This document shows positions 16,394-27,199 of a stretch of DNA of 64,000 nucleotides, piece after piece. Where the stretch lies: assembly GCA_045589075.1 (NCBI GenBank), contig JAZNFI010000053.1:173-64172 (forward strand), written 5' to 3'. The notes beneath the pieces were generated by a model. The model saw nothing but the letters and a program-made list of their open reading frames with translations, was not told the DNA's origin and searched no databases. The stretch's first letter is position 1, and the number at the start of each line of letters is the position of its first letter. The position numbers were made by a program, and so were the translations under genes. This DNA is from Candidatus Flemingiibacterium sp. Lineage in GTDB: Bacteria > Bacillota > Clostridia > Oscillospirales > CAG-272.

Positions 16394-16882
16394 TCAGTTG
16401 TTTGATATTTTAGTTTTGATAACCTTTATGAGCTGCATCACTATACCGATAATGATTGAAGCAACTCCGAGCCCAACGGCAATACCAAGAACAGTTTCCA
16501 TGGTAATTTTGGCATTTGCAAGCAGCTTTTCCTTGTTATATGACAGAAGGTTGTACATGGTATTGTATAGCGCGTTTCCCGGCACTATGGGGATGAGGCA
16601 GGCAAATAGAAACAGTATGGCAGGTGCCTTCATCAGCCGCGCAAACACCTCTGAGAAAATCGCCATTACAAGAGCGGAGCAGAACGCCGCCGCCATAATG
16701 CCGCCCCCTAAAAGGTAAACCGCTTCATACATAAGGTAGGTTAATATTCCGCCAAGCATCGCAACGGGGAGCTTTTTCGGACTTGTTCTGTATACTATTG
16801 CAAAGCCAAGAGTACCCGTACCGGCGGTTATAATCTGTGCTATAATCGCAATAATTTCAGCATGAGAAAGTGAAACAAACAT
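16394..16882 (-). CDS. Threonine/serine exporter family protein, small subunit (ThrE C-terminal-type)
   Basis: Five hydrophobic helices. The start ATG 16882 lies 7 nt after GGAGGG. It is paired with the upstream ThrE-N-type gene, whose stop is at 16887. Confidence 0.7.
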   Translation of the reverse strand: MFVSLSHAEIIAIIAQIITAGTGTLGFAIVYRTSPKKLPVAMLGGILTYLMYEAVYLLGGGIMAAAFCSALVMAIFSEVFARLMKAPAILFLFACLIPIVPGNALYNTMYNLLSYNKEKLLANAKITMETVLGIAVGLGVASIIIGIVMQLIKVIKTKISNN

Positions 16883-16886
16883 TACA

Positions 16887-17759
16887 TCACCCTCCAAGGA
16901 CAATTATTGAGAGTGCATAACCGATAGCTATGACAATAGCAGTGATTATGGACTGCACAACCTTGAGCGAACCGGCTATGGTATCGCCGCAAAGGAGATC
17001 TCGGGTAGCGTTTCCTAATGCAACCCCGGGAATAAGCAGCATCATTGTTCCGACAAGCACCATGTTCACATTGTCGGCAAGTCCAAGCTTAAAGGCTACA
17101 CCCGACAGCATTCCCGCAACAAAGGCAGTCATCAGAGTTTTTACCATTCGGTTGAAGTAATCGAAGTTTATTCTGTCGAGCACATACAAAATAATAGCAA
17201 TAGCACCAGCAACAATACCGTCTCGGACAGCTCCCCCAAAAAATATGGCAAAGCTTCCCGAAGCAAGCACATACCCAATGACAGACAGCCAGCCGGGATA
17301 TCTGCATCGGTTCTTCATTTCAAGTATTAGGCGATCAACCTCATCAAATGAAGGCGTCTTTTCGCAAATAGTTCGCGACAAGCTGTTGTATCCCTCAATC
17401 ATGAGCATATTGTTTGATATATCAAGCACACGTCTTGTCTGTGCGGAATAGCTTCCGTCAGCAAGCCGCACAGAAGAAAGTATAAGCGAATATATGGAAA
17501 ACACTTCAACGTGTACCGCACCGTATGACCTGCAGATTTTCTCTATTGTAAATTCAACGCGATGGACATCGGCACCGTTGCGCAAAAGTCCCTCGCCTAT
17601 ATCAAGCGCCACACGAAGCATATTGTCAGCTTCGCTTCCTACAAATGCAGTTTGTGTGAATTTTTTTATATCTTCCGATTTTGTCAATGTCTGCATCCTC
17701 CTGACTGCCATATTGCCGAAATATGTCGCCCCAAGTGATCTCGCAAAGCCAAATGCCAT
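16887..17759 (-). CDS. Threonine/serine exporter family protein, large subunit (ThrE N-terminal-type)
   Basis: Soluble N-terminal region (LRVALDIGEGLLRNGADVHRVE) followed by TM helices. The start is uncertain: ATG 17759, 17711 or 17696 are all possible and none has a good SD spacing. Confidence 0.65.
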   Translation of the reverse strand: MAFGFARSLGATYFGNMAVRRMQTLTKSEDIKKFTQTAFVGSEADNMLRVALDIGEGLLRNGADVHRVEFTIEKICRSYGAVHVEVFSIYSLILSSVRLADGSYSAQTRRVLDISNNMLMIEGYNSLSRTICEKTPSFDEVDRLILEMKNRCRYPGWLSVIGYVLASGSFAIFFGGAVRDGIVAGAIAIILYVLDRINFDYFNRMVKTLMTAFVAGMLSGVAFKLGLADNVNMVLVGTMMLLIPGVALGNATRDLLCGDTIAGSLKVVQSIITAIVIAIGYALSIIVLGG

Positions 17760-17849
17760 TCAGACACACAATAACAGCTGAAAAGCACCAAGACCTTGCG
17801 GTAACCGAAACGCCCGTGTGGTTGCGGCACGTGGAAGATTAATATAATA

Positions 17850-18281
17850 TCAATGATTCTTGGTACAGGTAGCGCAGTGACCGGCGCAGCCTTTTCGAAG
17901 GTCGTGCTTGATGCCCTTTTTGTCGTAGTAATTAGCGATAGCATCCTTTACCGCTTCCTCGGCAAGGACAGAGCAATGAATTTTCTGTGGCGGAAGCCCG
18001 TCAAGTGCCTCGACAACAGCCTTATTTGTAAGCTTTAACGCTTCCTCAACAGTCTTGCCCTTAATAAGCTCGGTCGCCATGGAAGATGTTGCAATAGCCG
18101 CTCCGCATCCGAATGTTTTGAATTTTACATCCTCAATGACCTCATCATCATTTATTTTGAGATACATCTTCATAATATCGCCGCAGGTCGCATTTCCTAC
18201 CTCGCCCACAGCATCCGCGTTCTCAATCTCACCCACATTTCTGGGATTAGCGAAATGATCCATAACCTTTTCACTATACAT
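17850..18281 (-). CDS. nifU: Fe-S cluster assembly scaffold protein (NifU/IscU N-domain type)
   Basis: MYSEKVMDHFANPRNVG...GNATCGDIMKMYL...FKTFGCGAAIATSS...KIHCSVLAEEA. SD AAGGAGA lies 7 nt before ATG 18281. Confidence 0.9.
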   Translation of the reverse strand: MYSEKVMDHFANPRNVGEIENADAVGEVGNATCGDIMKMYLKINDDEVIEDVKFKTFGCGAAIATSSMATELIKGKTVEEALKLTNKAVVEALDGLPPQKIHCSVLAEEAVKDAIANYYDKKGIKHDLRKGCAGHCATCTKNH

Positions 18282-18326
18282 AACAAAATCTCCTTTTAAC
18301 ACGTTATCATTTGCTGTTCAATGACA

Positions 18327-19505
18327 TTACCGAGCATTCTTCTCCTCATAAAGTGGGCTCATCATCCTTAGTTTATCAACGATTGGCGGAAGCTTTTCAA
18401 GAATGTAGTCTATATCCTCATCGGTAGTATCTCTGCCGATAGAAAGTCTGAGTGAGCCGTGTGCCTGCTCCACGGGAACGCCGATAGTGAGCAGCACGTG
18501 GGAAGGCTCAAGAGACGCCGACGAACAGGCAGAACCTGTAGAAGCGCAGATGCCTGCCATATCAAGGAGCAAAAGTAAGCTTTCACCTTCAATGAACTCG
18601 AAGGAAACATTGACATTGCCTGGAAGTCTGCCCTCGCGCGGACCATTAAGACGAACATTTGGTATCTTCAGTATTTCATCAATAAGTCTGTCGCGCATTG
18701 CCTCAACCGCGGACATCTCGGGAAGTCCTTTGACAGCATCTTCAAGAGCCTTTGCAAATCCCACAATGTAAGGAACATTTTCAGTCCCTCCGCGCCTGCT
18801 TCTCTCCTGACCTCCGCCATCGATAAGAGTATTAATCCGAGCGCCGTTCCTGATGTAGAGTGCACCGATTCCCTTTGGAGCGTGAATTTTGTGTCCCGAC
18901 ATTGACAGCATATCAACGCCAAGCTCTGCCGCATCCACGGGAACAGCTCCAACAGCCTGAACAGCATCGGTAAACACAAGGGTCTTGGGGTTCTTTGCCT
19001 TGACAGCCGCCGCAATTTCAGCGATAGGCTCAATCGTACCTATTTCATTATTTGCGAACATTACGGCAACGAGTATGGTTTCGTCGCACATTGCCGCCGT
19101 TACCTGCTCAGGAGTTACCCTGCCCTCCGAGTCCGTGTCAAGGTATGTCACACTAAATCCTTCCTTTTCGAGAGATTTCATAGTGTGGAGAACCGCATGA
19201 TGCTCTATCTTTGTTGTAATTATATGCTTGCCGCGATTCATATGGGCATGTGCCGCGCCTTTTATTGCCCAGTTATCAGCCTCGGACCCGCTTGCTGTGA
19301 AATATATCTCATTCGGTTTGGCACCGATAAGAGATGCTATCTTTTCTCTCGCCGCAGTGATGGCTGCCTTAGCTTCCCTGCCCATTTTATGAAGGCTTGA
19401 GGGATTTCCGTATATTCCCGCAAGGTACGGAAGCATGGCTTCCAGCACCAGAGGTGAAGTGGACGTGGTCGCCGCGTTGTCGGCGTACACCAATCTATCC
19501 GTCAT
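18327..19505 (-). CDS. nifS: Cysteine desulfurase (NifS type)
   Basis: VYADNAATT, SGHKIHAPKGIGALY (PLP lysine) and the catalytic loop STGSACSS. Confidence 0.9.
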   Translation of the reverse strand: MTDRLVYADNAATTSTSPLVLEAMLPYLAGIYGNPSSLHKMGREAKAAITAAREKIASLIGAKPNEIYFTASGSEADNWAIKGAAHAHMNRGKHIITTKIEHHAVLHTMKSLEKEGFSVTYLDTDSEGRVTPEQVTAAMCDETILVAVMFANNEIGTIEPIAEIAAAVKAKNPKTLVFTDAVQAVGAVPVDAAELGVDMLSMSGHKIHAPKGIGALYIRNGARINTLIDGGGQERSRRGGTENVPYIVGFAKALEDAVKGLPEMSAVEAMRDRLIDEILKIPNVRLNGPREGRLPGNVNVSFEFIEGESLLLLLDMAGICASTGSACSSASLEPSHVLLTIGVPVEQAHGSLRLSIGRDTTDEDIDYILEKLPPIVDKLRMMSPLYEEKNAR

Positions 19506-19554
19506 AGTATTTATTCATCCTTTCCATATGGAACATAGTAGGTCTTATAAAGTT

Positions 19555-19586
19555 AAAAAGGTTTACATTATATTGTAAACCTTTTT
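19555..19586 (-). terminator. Terminator after rnhA
   Basis: aaaaaggtttaca / ttatat / tgtaaaccttttt. Confidence 0.65.
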
Positions 19587-19642
19587 GGCGGCTTTTTCAA
19601 TATATCAGAGACTTTTTTGATGTAAACAATTCGTGAATGAGT

Positions 19643-20080
19643 TTAGCGGAAGGTTTCAGCGACAGCGCAGGCAAGAGCATCACACCGCTCGTTGTATGGA
19701 TGTCCTGCGTGTCCCTTGACCCATATAAAGCTCACCTTGTGTACTTCAAGTAAGGAAAGAAGCCGCTGCCACAAATCGGGGTTCAGCGCAGGCTTTTTGT
19801 CTGACTTGACCCAGCCATTTTTACGCCAACCGTAGACCCATTTTTTCTCGATAGCGTCAATCACATACTTTGAATCGGAGGTGAGGGTCACGTCGCAAGG
19901 CTCTTTTAGTGCTTCCAGCGCGCTGATAACCGCCATTAGCTCCATGCGGTTGTTGGTAGTCATCGCCTCGCCGCCCGAAAGCTCTTTTTCAATTTTTCCG
20001 TAGACGATAACAGCGCCCCAGCCGCCCGGACCGGGATTGTGCTTGCACGCGCCGTCGGTGTATATGTCAACGTGTTTCAT
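19643..20080 (-). CDS. rnhA: Ribonuclease HI
   Basis: [15 protein letters not shown]...TNNRMEL...DSKYV...W.KNGW...[17 protein letters not shown]. Confidence 0.92.
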   Translation of the reverse strand: MKHVDIYTDGACKHNPGPGGWGAVIVYGKIEKELSGGEAMTTNNRMELMAVISALEALKEPCDVTLTSDSKYVIDAIEKKWVYGWRKNGWVKSDKKPALNPDLWQRLLSLLEVHKVSFIWVKGHAGHPYNERCDALACAVAETFR

Positions 20081-20140
20081 TATCGTCCTCCATTCTTATG
20101 TAATAGGTTATAAGGGCTATACAATTTAAATGTAGCTTTA

Positions 20141-20190
20141 GCCTCCCTTGCCTAAAGGGCGGTGTCAGTCGAAGACTGACGGAGAGATTC
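20141..20190. repeat. REP-like double-hairpin intergenic element
   Basis: Two hairpins: cccttgcctaaaggg, and gtcagtc-gaa-gactgac followed by ggagag. No U-tract. It lies between the epimerase stop and the rnhA start. Confidence 0.4.
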
Positions 20191-20206
20191 CTTTTCCCTG
20201 AAACCC

Positions 20207-21091
20207 TTACGAAATCACCTTCACCGTATAGGAAACGGCGTATTCCTCGCCCACGGGAAGCTTTATTGCATAGGGCTTATTCTCGAAATCAGTTTCACCT
20301 ATATATGCAGGAAGTCCGTTCCAAGGCTCAAGGCACACAAAGGGAGCTTCTTTTTTCGGCGGTGTCCATACGCCAAGGGCGTTGAAGCCGTTAAAGTTCA
20401 TCTCAATTCCCTTGCCTGTATCCTTGTGGACAAGCTTCACAGAACGACTCTCAAGCTTTGGAGTAATAAGCGCATCAACGTCGTGGTCGCTGTAAGCAAG
20501 GTTCCACTCGTTTGTGTTTCTTAATTTATCAACGGGAGCGAATGACGTATCTATATAACCGCCGCCGTAGCTTGTGGTGTAAATAACGTCGGCGTTTTCA
20601 ACTTTCTCGAATACAAGCTTGTAGTCGGAGAATTTTTCGCCCTCGTTCATGGGGCAATTAAACGCAGGATGTCCGCCGATAGTAAACCATATAGGCTTTT
20701 CGTCAGAGTTGATTACCTTAAATTCGGTACTGAAGCCCTCGTCACATATCTTGTGAGTGATAAGCAGGCGGAAGCTGTAAGGATACACCTCTTTCGTCAC
20801 TTCGCTGTCGCAAAGCTCGCATGTAACGCTGTCAGACTCTGCGTTAACCGGCTTAAACTCCATTTTTCTGGCAAAACCGTGTTTTTTCAGGGGATACGAC
20901 ACGCCCTCAAACTTTACGCTCTCCTCAAAGATAGAGCCTACCGTTGGAAAAAGCACGGGTGCAGTACCGCCCCAGTATGCAGGGTCACCTTCCCAAAGAT
21001 AAGATTTGCCGCAGGCTCTGAAAGCTCGCAGCTCACCGCCAAGTGTTGTGCACACAGCTTCGGCGTGGGCAGTTTTTAATTTTATTTCCAT
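20207..21091 (-). CDS. Aldose 1-epimerase family protein
   Basis: GGELRAF...YLWEGDPAYWGGTAPVLFPTVG...HGFAR...GGHPAFN...CLEPW pattern, typical of mutarotase-like proteins. Confidence 0.8.
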   Translation of the reverse strand: MEIKLKTAHAEAVCTTLGGELRAFRACGKSYLWEGDPAYWGGTAPVLFPTVGSIFEESVKFEGVSYPLKKHGFARKMEFKPVNAESDSVTCELCDSEVTKEVYPYSFRLLITHKICDEGFSTEFKVINSDEKPIWFTIGGHPAFNCPMNEGEKFSDYKLVFEKVENADVIYTTSYGGGYIDTSFAPVDKLRNTNEWNLAYSDHDVDALITPKLESRSVKLVHKDTGKGIEMNFNGFNALGVWTPPKKEAPFVCLEPWNGLPAYIGETDFENKPYAIKLPVGEEYAVSYTVKVIS

Positions 21092-21116
21092 ATAGAATCC
21101 TCACTTATAACTGTAA

Positions 21117-21148
21117 TTCGCCCTCGGCGGAAAACCGCCGAGGGCGAA
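21117..21148 (-). terminator. Hairpin after ftsH
   Basis: ttcgccctcggcgg / aaaa / ccgccgagggcgaa, a 14-bp stem. The U-tract is weak. Confidence 0.5.
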
Positions 21149-21162
21149 AGTCAAGCCTTAAA

Positions 21163-23196
21163 CTATTCTTTCATCTTCGGTGGGAAGTCGTCATCTGGGG
21201 TGCCGTTTGGCTTTGCCTCACCACGAGCAATTTTTTCTGCCTCGCGACGAATACGCTCCTCCTCGTTAGCCTTGGCTCTCTTCTCGTTAGCCTCATCGCT
21301 TCTTCGCTTTTTCTCTGCCGCCATTTCTTCCAGCGTTTCCATAGGAGCGCCATCCATGGCCGCATTAAACTGCTCCTCGTCCATAACCTCGTGCTTCATA
21401 AGGAACTCGGCGATAAAATGGAGCTTATCAACATTCTTATTAAGCAACTCCATTGCGGTATCGTAAGCGGTAGTAACAAGACGCTTGATCTCGTTGTCAA
21501 TAACGGTAGCAGTACCCTCGGAGTAGTCTCGTGTAGTGTTGAAATCTCTGCCGAGGAACACCTCATCGCTGGAATGCTCGGAACCGTATACGATAGGTCC
21601 GAGAACATCACTCATACCGTAACGTGTAACCATATTTCTTGCAATTCGTGTAGCGCGCTGAATATCGTTGGATGCGCCCGTTGAGATGTCGCCGAGAATA
21701 AGCTTTTCGGCAACCCGTCCACCGAGCAGGGTTACAATCTCGCGCTCCATTTCATTCTTCGATTCATAGGACTTATCCTCAAGAGGAAGCGACAGCGTGT
21801 ATCCGCCGGCCCTGCCTGCAGGAATTATGGAAATCTGATGAACGGGAGTCTCCGGCTGAAGCAGCTTTGTCACAATAGCATGACCTGCCTCGTGATAAGC
21901 GGTAAGCTTCTTTTCCTTTTCGCTTACAACCTTTGATTTCTTGTGAGGTCCCACAAGAACTTTTATTGTAGCCTCCTCAAGATCTTCCATTCCTATAAGG
22001 CTCTTTGCTTTTCTTGCCGCAAGGAGCGCCGCCTCATTGAGAAGATTCTCAAGATCTGCACCCGTGAATCCTACGGTAGTCTTGGCAAGAGTCTTAAGAT
22101 CCACGTCACTCTCAAAGGGTTTGCCCTTGGCATGAACGGCAAGGATCTCTTCTCTGCCCTTCATATCTGGATAATTTACAGTTATCTGACGGTCAAAACG
22201 TCCGGGGCGGAGCAGTGCGGGGTCAAGAATGTCGGGACGGTTGGTTGCCGCCATCACGATAACACCTTCGTTCCCGCCGAAGCCGTCCATCTCTACAAGC
22301 AGCTGATTAAGTGTCTGCTCGCGCTCATCGTGACCGCCGCCGAGACCTGCACCTCTGTGGCGCCCCACAGCGTCTATCTCATCTATGAATATGATGCTTG
22401 CAGGATTTTTCTTTGCAGTATCAAAAAGGTCGCGGACACGGGACGCACCCACACCCACATACATTTCCACAAAATCCGAACCTGAAATTGAATAGAACGG
22501 GACGCCCGCCTCGCCTGCAACAGCTTTAGCAAGAAGCGTTTTACCCGTACCGGGAGGACCCACCAGCAGTACACCGTGAGGAATATGCGCGCCAAGCTTT
22601 GTAAACTTGGCAGGATCACGAAGAAATTCAACCACCTCTTGAAGCTCTGCCTTTTCCTCGTCAGCACCTGCTACATCCTTAAAGAGCACCTTCTTCTTTT
22701 CATCCGCGCCAAGCTTTGCGCGCGCCTTACCGAAATTAGCGATTTTTCCGCCCTTGCCACCCGTGGTTTGGCTTATCATAAATACCCAGAATCCAATACC
22801 TAAAACCACAAGTATGATATAAGGCATAAATGAAATCCACCAAGGTATTTCCTTGGGTTCAGCTATATCATAGTAATCAATTGTATCGGAAACCAGCTGT
22901 TCGTCAATCATCGCGCCAAACTGCTCCATAAACAAGTCAAGGTCACGGAGCTTGAAAGTTTTTGTAATGCCGGGCGCCGACTCACCGTTTGCCAGTGTTG
23001 AAGCCTTTGTCTCATATGTCAAGGAATTTGAACTGTCGATTTCAAACCACTTTACATTTTCCTCGTAGAAGTCCTCATAAATTTCGCTGTAAATGACTTC
23101 ATCGCCGGGCTGTGAACCAAAAAGCGTCGCAGTGGCTATGAGTATCACAGCAATCAGAACTCCATAGAAAATAAGAATTTTGAAGTTAGATTTCAT
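21163..23196 (-). CDS. ftsH: ATP-dependent zinc metalloprotease FtsH
   Basis: Two N-terminal TM helices, Walker A GPPGTGKT, Walker [13 protein letters not shown], and HEAGHA zinc site. I chose ATG 23196; the ORF track start at 23205 is TTG. Confidence 0.95.
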   Translation of the reverse strand: MKSNFKILIFYGVLIAVILIATATLFGSQPGDEVIYSEIYEDFYEENVKWFEIDSSNSLTYETKASTLANGESAPGITKTFKLRDLDLFMEQFGAMIDEQLVSDTIDYYDIAEPKEIPWWISFMPYIILVVLGIGFWVFMISQTTGGKGGKIANFGKARAKLGADEKKKVLFKDVAGADEEKAELQEVVEFLRDPAKFTKLGAHIPHGVLLVGPPGTGKTLLAKAVAGEAGVPFYSISGSDFVEMYVGVGASRVRDLFDTAKKNPASIIFIDEIDAVGRHRGAGLGGGHDEREQTLNQLLVEMDGFGGNEGVIVMAATNRPDILDPALLRPGRFDRQITVNYPDMKGREEILAVHAKGKPFESDVDLKTLAKTTVGFTGADLENLLNEAALLAARKAKSLIGMEDLEEATIKVLVGPHKKSKVVSEKEKKLTAYHEAGHAIVTKLLQPETPVHQISIIPAGRAGGYTLSLPLEDKSYESKNEMEREIVTLLGGRVAEKLILGDISTGASNDIQRATRIARNMVTRYGMSDVLGPIVYGSEHSSDEVFLGRDFNTTRDYSEGTATVIDNEIKRLVTTAYDTAMELLNKNVDKLHFIAEFLMKHEVMDEEQFNAAMDGAPMETLEEMAAEKKRRSDEANEKRAKANEEERIRREAEKIARGEAKPNGTPDDDFPPKMKE

Positions 23197-23257
23197 TATC
23201 ACCAATTCCCCCCACCAGGGGATCTCCTTATAATAATTGTCTCGCCTAATAGCTTGG

Positions 23258-23806
23258 CTATTCCTTGTACACCGAAGGCTTTAGAATGCCTATGTAAGGC
23301 AGAGCCCTGTATTTTTCGGCGAAGTCAAGTCCGTATCCTACCACAAACTCATCGGGAATTTCTCTGCCGCAGTAATCAGGGATAAAATCAACCTCGCGTC
23401 GTGACGGCTTGTCGAGCATTGTGGCTGTCTTAACACTTCTCGCGCCCTTGAGACGAAGATATTCGACAAGATAGGAAAGAGTCTTTCCGCTGTCGATTAT
23501 ATCTTCAACAATGAGAATATCCGTATCCTCAAGATCCTTTCTGTGAAGATCGAGAAGAATATTAACAGAACCGGATGTTTTCGTGGAATTCCCGTAGGAT
23601 GAAACCTTCATAAAGTCGATTTCAACAGGTATAGAGATTTTTTTCATGAGATCTCCCATGAATACAACCGCGCCCTTGAGAATACAGACAAGCAAAAGCC
23701 GCTTCCCAGCATAATCATCACTTATCATCTTGGCGATACGGGACACCGTCTCGTCAAGTTCCTTTTCGTCTATAAGAATTCTTTCAATGTCATTTATCAT
23801 TGTCAT
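23258..23806 (-). CDS. hpt: Hypoxanthine phosphoribosyltransferase
   Basis: PRPP motif [14 protein letters not shown] plus [13 protein letters not shown]. The tilS-hpt-ftsH order is conserved. Confidence 0.92.
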   Translation of the reverse strand: MTMINDIERILIDEKELDETVSRIAKMISDDYAGKRLLLVCILKGAVVFMGDLMKKISIPVEIDFMKVSSYGNSTKTSGSVNILLDLHRKDLEDTDILIVEDIIDSGKTLSYLVEYLRLKGARSVKTATMLDKPSRREVDFIPDYCGREIPDEFVVGYGLDFAEKYRALPYIGILKPSVYKE

Positions 23807-25220
23807 TTTCTCCGATGTAACAATAAATTATTTTTTCAGCCATATCAGTTGGCTTTACTCTATCGGCAGTCCCGAAGCCCGGCACCCAGATAATGCCCTC
23901 ATCGTCACAAAATACGGGTAGCTCTGCTCTTCTCTTATGTGAAAGACCGCGATCATTGTACAGCTTTTTCAGTTTTCGCGTCATTTGACCGAAAACATAC
24001 GAGTCTCCGTCCATACGCGAACGAACTTTCATCACACGATTTATTTTATCAGAATTTACCAGCGTGTGTATAGATAATTTGTAAATATTTTTGATTGTTT
24101 CGTAATCTTTTTGTAAATCCTCAGTAATTCTGCCGTCAGGAAGTATAATTACGGCGAATCCCTCGTCGTCAAAACGGTTGATTCCCGTCTTTAGGATATA
24201 TTCAAATTTTCGAGCATCAAGCGCAGACTCTTTGGTAAAAGACAGAATTCCACCGCTGATAACTGCCCGAACTCCTCCGCCCAGATGCACCTGTGCTCCC
24301 TCCACGGGGTCTCGTGCAATCTTCATTACGGCATCGCAGTGAACCTTTTCAAGCATTTTATCTGTAAGCGAACCGTATAGCTTTGATACAACACGGTAAG
24401 ACAGTGCCGCAGGAAGATCTGCCAACTCCTTCGCGCTTATCCCTGAGTTGCGACACTTTTCACGGTAAAGCATATCAGCCTGGTGCTCAATATACTCACA
24501 GTCCCACGCAGCACTTTCAGTCATGCGGCCAACAGCACGAAGAAATGCGGGATTGAGTCGCTTGAACAGCGGAATGATCTCACGGCGCACATAGTTCCTC
24601 GTATACGCAGTATCATTATTGGTGCTGTCAAATATATATTCTATGCAATTTTCCGTGCAATAATCCATAATGTCGGATTTTTCGGTAAATATCAGTGGCC
24701 TTATGACCTTTGCTTCACCGAGCATCCGAACAGGGGGAATACCGCAAAGTCCGAGAGTTCCGGTGCCTCTGGCAAGATTAAAAAGCACGGTTTCGGCATT
24801 GTCATCGGCATTGTGCGCAGTAGCTACACAGGTAAGCCTCGGATCTTTTGACATTGTCTCGGCGAAAACCGAATAGCGATAATCCCTGGCAGCTTCCTCC
24901 ACACTTTTTCCGCTTTCCTTTGCAATCGTCGGAATATCTGCACGCTTCAGCAAAAAAGGAACACCGAGCCTTTTTGCGTATTTCTCACAGAACAGCGCAT
25001 CTCTGTCTGCTTCTTCACCCCGTATTCCGTGATGAACGTGAAGAGCGGCAACGAAAATTCCCCGCTCATCGCAGTACCGTTTAATAAGGTGGAGCAACAC
25101 CGATGAGTCGGCACCTCCCGACAGCCCTACAAGCACTCCGCTCTGCCCGACCAGCATACTGTATTCGTTTATTGCCCTCAGAAATTGCTCCGGCACAGTT
25201 CTTTTCATAAATTCAGACAT
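23790..25220 (-). CDS. tilS: tRNA(Ile)-lysidine synthase
   Basis: PP-loop LVGLSGGADSSVL. The 3' end overlaps hpt by 17 nt. Confidence 0.9.
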   Translation of the reverse strand: MSEFMKRTVPEQFLRAINEYSMLVGQSGVLVGLSGGADSSVLLHLIKRYCDERGIFVAALHVHHGIRGEEADRDALFCEKYAKRLGVPFLLKRADIPTIAKESGKSVEEAARDYRYSVFAETMSKDPRLTCVATAHNADDNAETVLFNLARGTGTLGLCGIPPVRMLGEAKVIRPLIFTEKSDIMDYCTENCIEYIFDSTNNDTAYTRNYVRREIIPLFKRLNPAFLRAVGRMTESAAWDCEYIEHQADMLYREKCRNSGISAKELADLPAALSYRVVSKLYGSLTDKMLEKVHCDAVMKIARDPVEGAQVHLGGGVRAVISGGILSFTKESALDARKFEYILKTGINRFDDEGFAVIILPDGRITEDLQKDYETIKNIYKLSIHTLVNSDKINRVMKVRSRMDGDSYVFGQMTRKLKKLYNDRGLSHKRRAELPVFCDDEGIIWVPGFGTADRVKPTDMAEKIIYCYIGENDNDK

Positions 25221-25223
25221 ATA

Positions 25224-26561
25224 CTACGACGGCGGCACCTCGCCGTCAGCGGCGATAGATGTAAATTTCGTAAATTGCCCAAACCAACCCATTTGCACAG
25301 TACAGGTAGAACCGTGACGGTTCTTGGCGATTACAATATCTGCCACATTCTGCTTATCAGGGTCAGTCTGGTAGTAGTCGCGTGACAGAAACATGATTAT
25401 ATCGGCATCCTGCTCGATAGCACCGGAGTCACGCAGGTCGGAAAGCATGGGTGTCTTGTCCGTTCTCGATTCAGGGCTTCTGGAAAGCTGTGCACAGCAT
25501 ATAATGGGTACCATAAGCTCTTTTGCGAGAATCTTAAGATTACGGGAAATGTCGCCTACCTCAAGCACTCTGTTATCAATCTTTCTGTCACTCTGCATAA
25601 GCTGAAGATAGTCAACCACAACAAGCCCCAGGTTTTTAACCCTCCGAAGCTTCGCTTTCATGGCGGTGGCAGTGATTCCCGTGGTGTCGTCTATATAAAT
25701 GTCGCAATCCGCAAGATTTGCCGAAGCGTGGGCAAGCTTTGTCCAATCGTCATCCGTAAGCTCACCTGAACGTATATTGTGGCTGTCCACAAGTGCCTCG
25801 CTGGAAAGCATTCTCGAAACAAGCTGTTCAGCGGACATTTCAAGAGAAAACACACACACCGCTTTTTTGGTCGCCTTGGCAACATTGGAAGCAATATTCA
25901 AAGCGAATGAAGTCTTACCCATACCGGGACGTGCACCTACAATTATAAGGTCGCTTTTTCCCATACCCACAAGTACACGGTCAAGTCCTCCAAAACCGGT
26001 TGGTGTACCTATGGTCTCAGCACGGTTGTTCTGAAGCTGATGAAGATGCTCAAATGCTTGTACCAGCACATCCTTGATATGCAAAAATCCCTTTTGTTCT
26101 TGCCCCTCGGCAATATCAAATATTTTTTGCTCAGCACTTCCGAGAATGTGCATGACCTCGTCCTCGCCCGAATATGCGGATTCCGAAATCTCCTCGGTTG
26201 CGGCAATAAGCTTTCTGAGCAGACTCTTGTCCTTTACTATGCGGGCATAGTCCTCCACATTTGCGGCAGAGGGTACGGTCTGTGCAATAAGCTTAATGTA
26301 CGCCTTGCTTTGTTCTTCATCATAGACTCCGCGATGAACAAGCGTATCGATTAGGGTAACAACGTCAATATCCTTGTTTTTCAGATACATCTCCTGCATT
26401 GCAAGATATATCTGAATATGCTCATCCAGCTTGAAATCTTCACTCTTTAATATACCCGCAATAATGTTAAAGCATTCGGGGTCAATAAGTATGGAGCCGA
26501 GTACGGACTGCTCCGCTTCCAGCGAAAAAGGAAGCTTGCGTCCGTAAGGATTGTCAGCCAT
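25224..26561 (-). CDS. dnaB: Replicative DNA helicase
   Basis: PFSLEAEQSVLGSIL N-terminus, Walker A GARPGMGKTSFALN, and DYLQLM. Confidence 0.95.
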   Translation of the reverse strand: MADNPYGRKLPFSLEAEQSVLGSILIDPECFNIIAGILKSEDFKLDEHIQIYLAMQEMYLKNKDIDVVTLIDTLVHRGVYDEEQSKAYIKLIAQTVPSAANVEDYARIVKDKSLLRKLIAATEEISESAYSGEDEVMHILGSAEQKIFDIAEGQEQKGFLHIKDVLVQAFEHLHQLQNNRAETIGTPTGFGGLDRVLVGMGKSDLIIVGARPGMGKTSFALNIASNVAKATKKAVCVFSLEMSAEQLVSRMLSSEALVDSHNIRSGELTDDDWTKLAHASANLADCDIYIDDTTGITATAMKAKLRRVKNLGLVVVDYLQLMQSDRKIDNRVLEVGDISRNLKILAKELMVPIICCAQLSRSPESRTDKTPMLSDLRDSGAIEQDADIIMFLSRDYYQTDPDKQNVADIVIAKNRHGSTCTVQMGWFGQFTKFTSIAADGEVPPS

Positions 26562-26719
26562 ATTGTTTCGTGACTTTTACAGAGATGCGCGCATCACCTG
26601 CAAAACATTTCCTTTCTATACGATGCTGTGCACCGCATGGATTTTTGAGCAAGTTTTCTCAGTTAAACACTGTCTCTGTCACAATGCAAACAGCAAAAGC
26701 CGCTCATAATAATTTGTTT

Positions 26720-27172
26720 TTAAGCTTTCTCCTCGGAGATCATAACATTAATTTTACCGATAACCTCCGAATGGAGCTTCACGTCAACACTGTGCATACC
26801 GAAGGTTTTAAGGGCATCGTCAAGGCTTATCTTGCGCTTGTCCACGATGATTTCAGCTTGAGAAGAAAGAGCCTCGGCAATATCCTTGGTGGTAACCGAA
26901 CCGTAAAGTCTGCCATCCTTGCCTGCCTTGCCCGAAAGCTTTACTACAACCGCTTCAAGCCTTGCGGCGGTGTCCTTTGCATTTTGAAGTTCGACTGCTT
27001 TTCTGTGCTTTTCGGACTCCTCACGTCCCTTTATTTCATTAAGAGCCTTATTATCTGCAATTATCGCAAGACCTCTTGGAAGCAGGAAGTTTCTTGCGTA
27101 TCCGTCTGAAACGTCAATAAGCTGACCTTTTTTTCCTTGAGATTTAACATCCTGCGTTAATACAACTTTCAT
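26720..27172 (-). CDS. rplI: 50S ribosomal protein L9
   Basis: [36 protein letters not shown]. Confidence 0.95.
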   Translation of the reverse strand: MKVVLTQDVKSQGKKGQLIDVSDGYARNFLLPRGLAIIADNKALNEIKGREESEKHRKAVELQNAKDTAARLEAVVVKLSGKAGKDGRLYGSVTTKDIAEALSSQAEIIVDKRKISLDDALKTFGMHSVDVKLHSEVIGKINVMISEEKA

Positions 27173-27199
27173 TTCACATTTCCTTTCGCTTATGGGTAT

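Noticed and set aside
16368-16718. 116-aa plus-strand ORF, and a plus-strand extended -10 (TGGTATAAT at 16122-16130) that could drive antisense transcription.
   Set aside because: The ORF is antisense to the well-supported ThrE-like gene. The -10 has no -35 element and nothing recognisable downstream. I kept it only as part of the regulatory-region finding.
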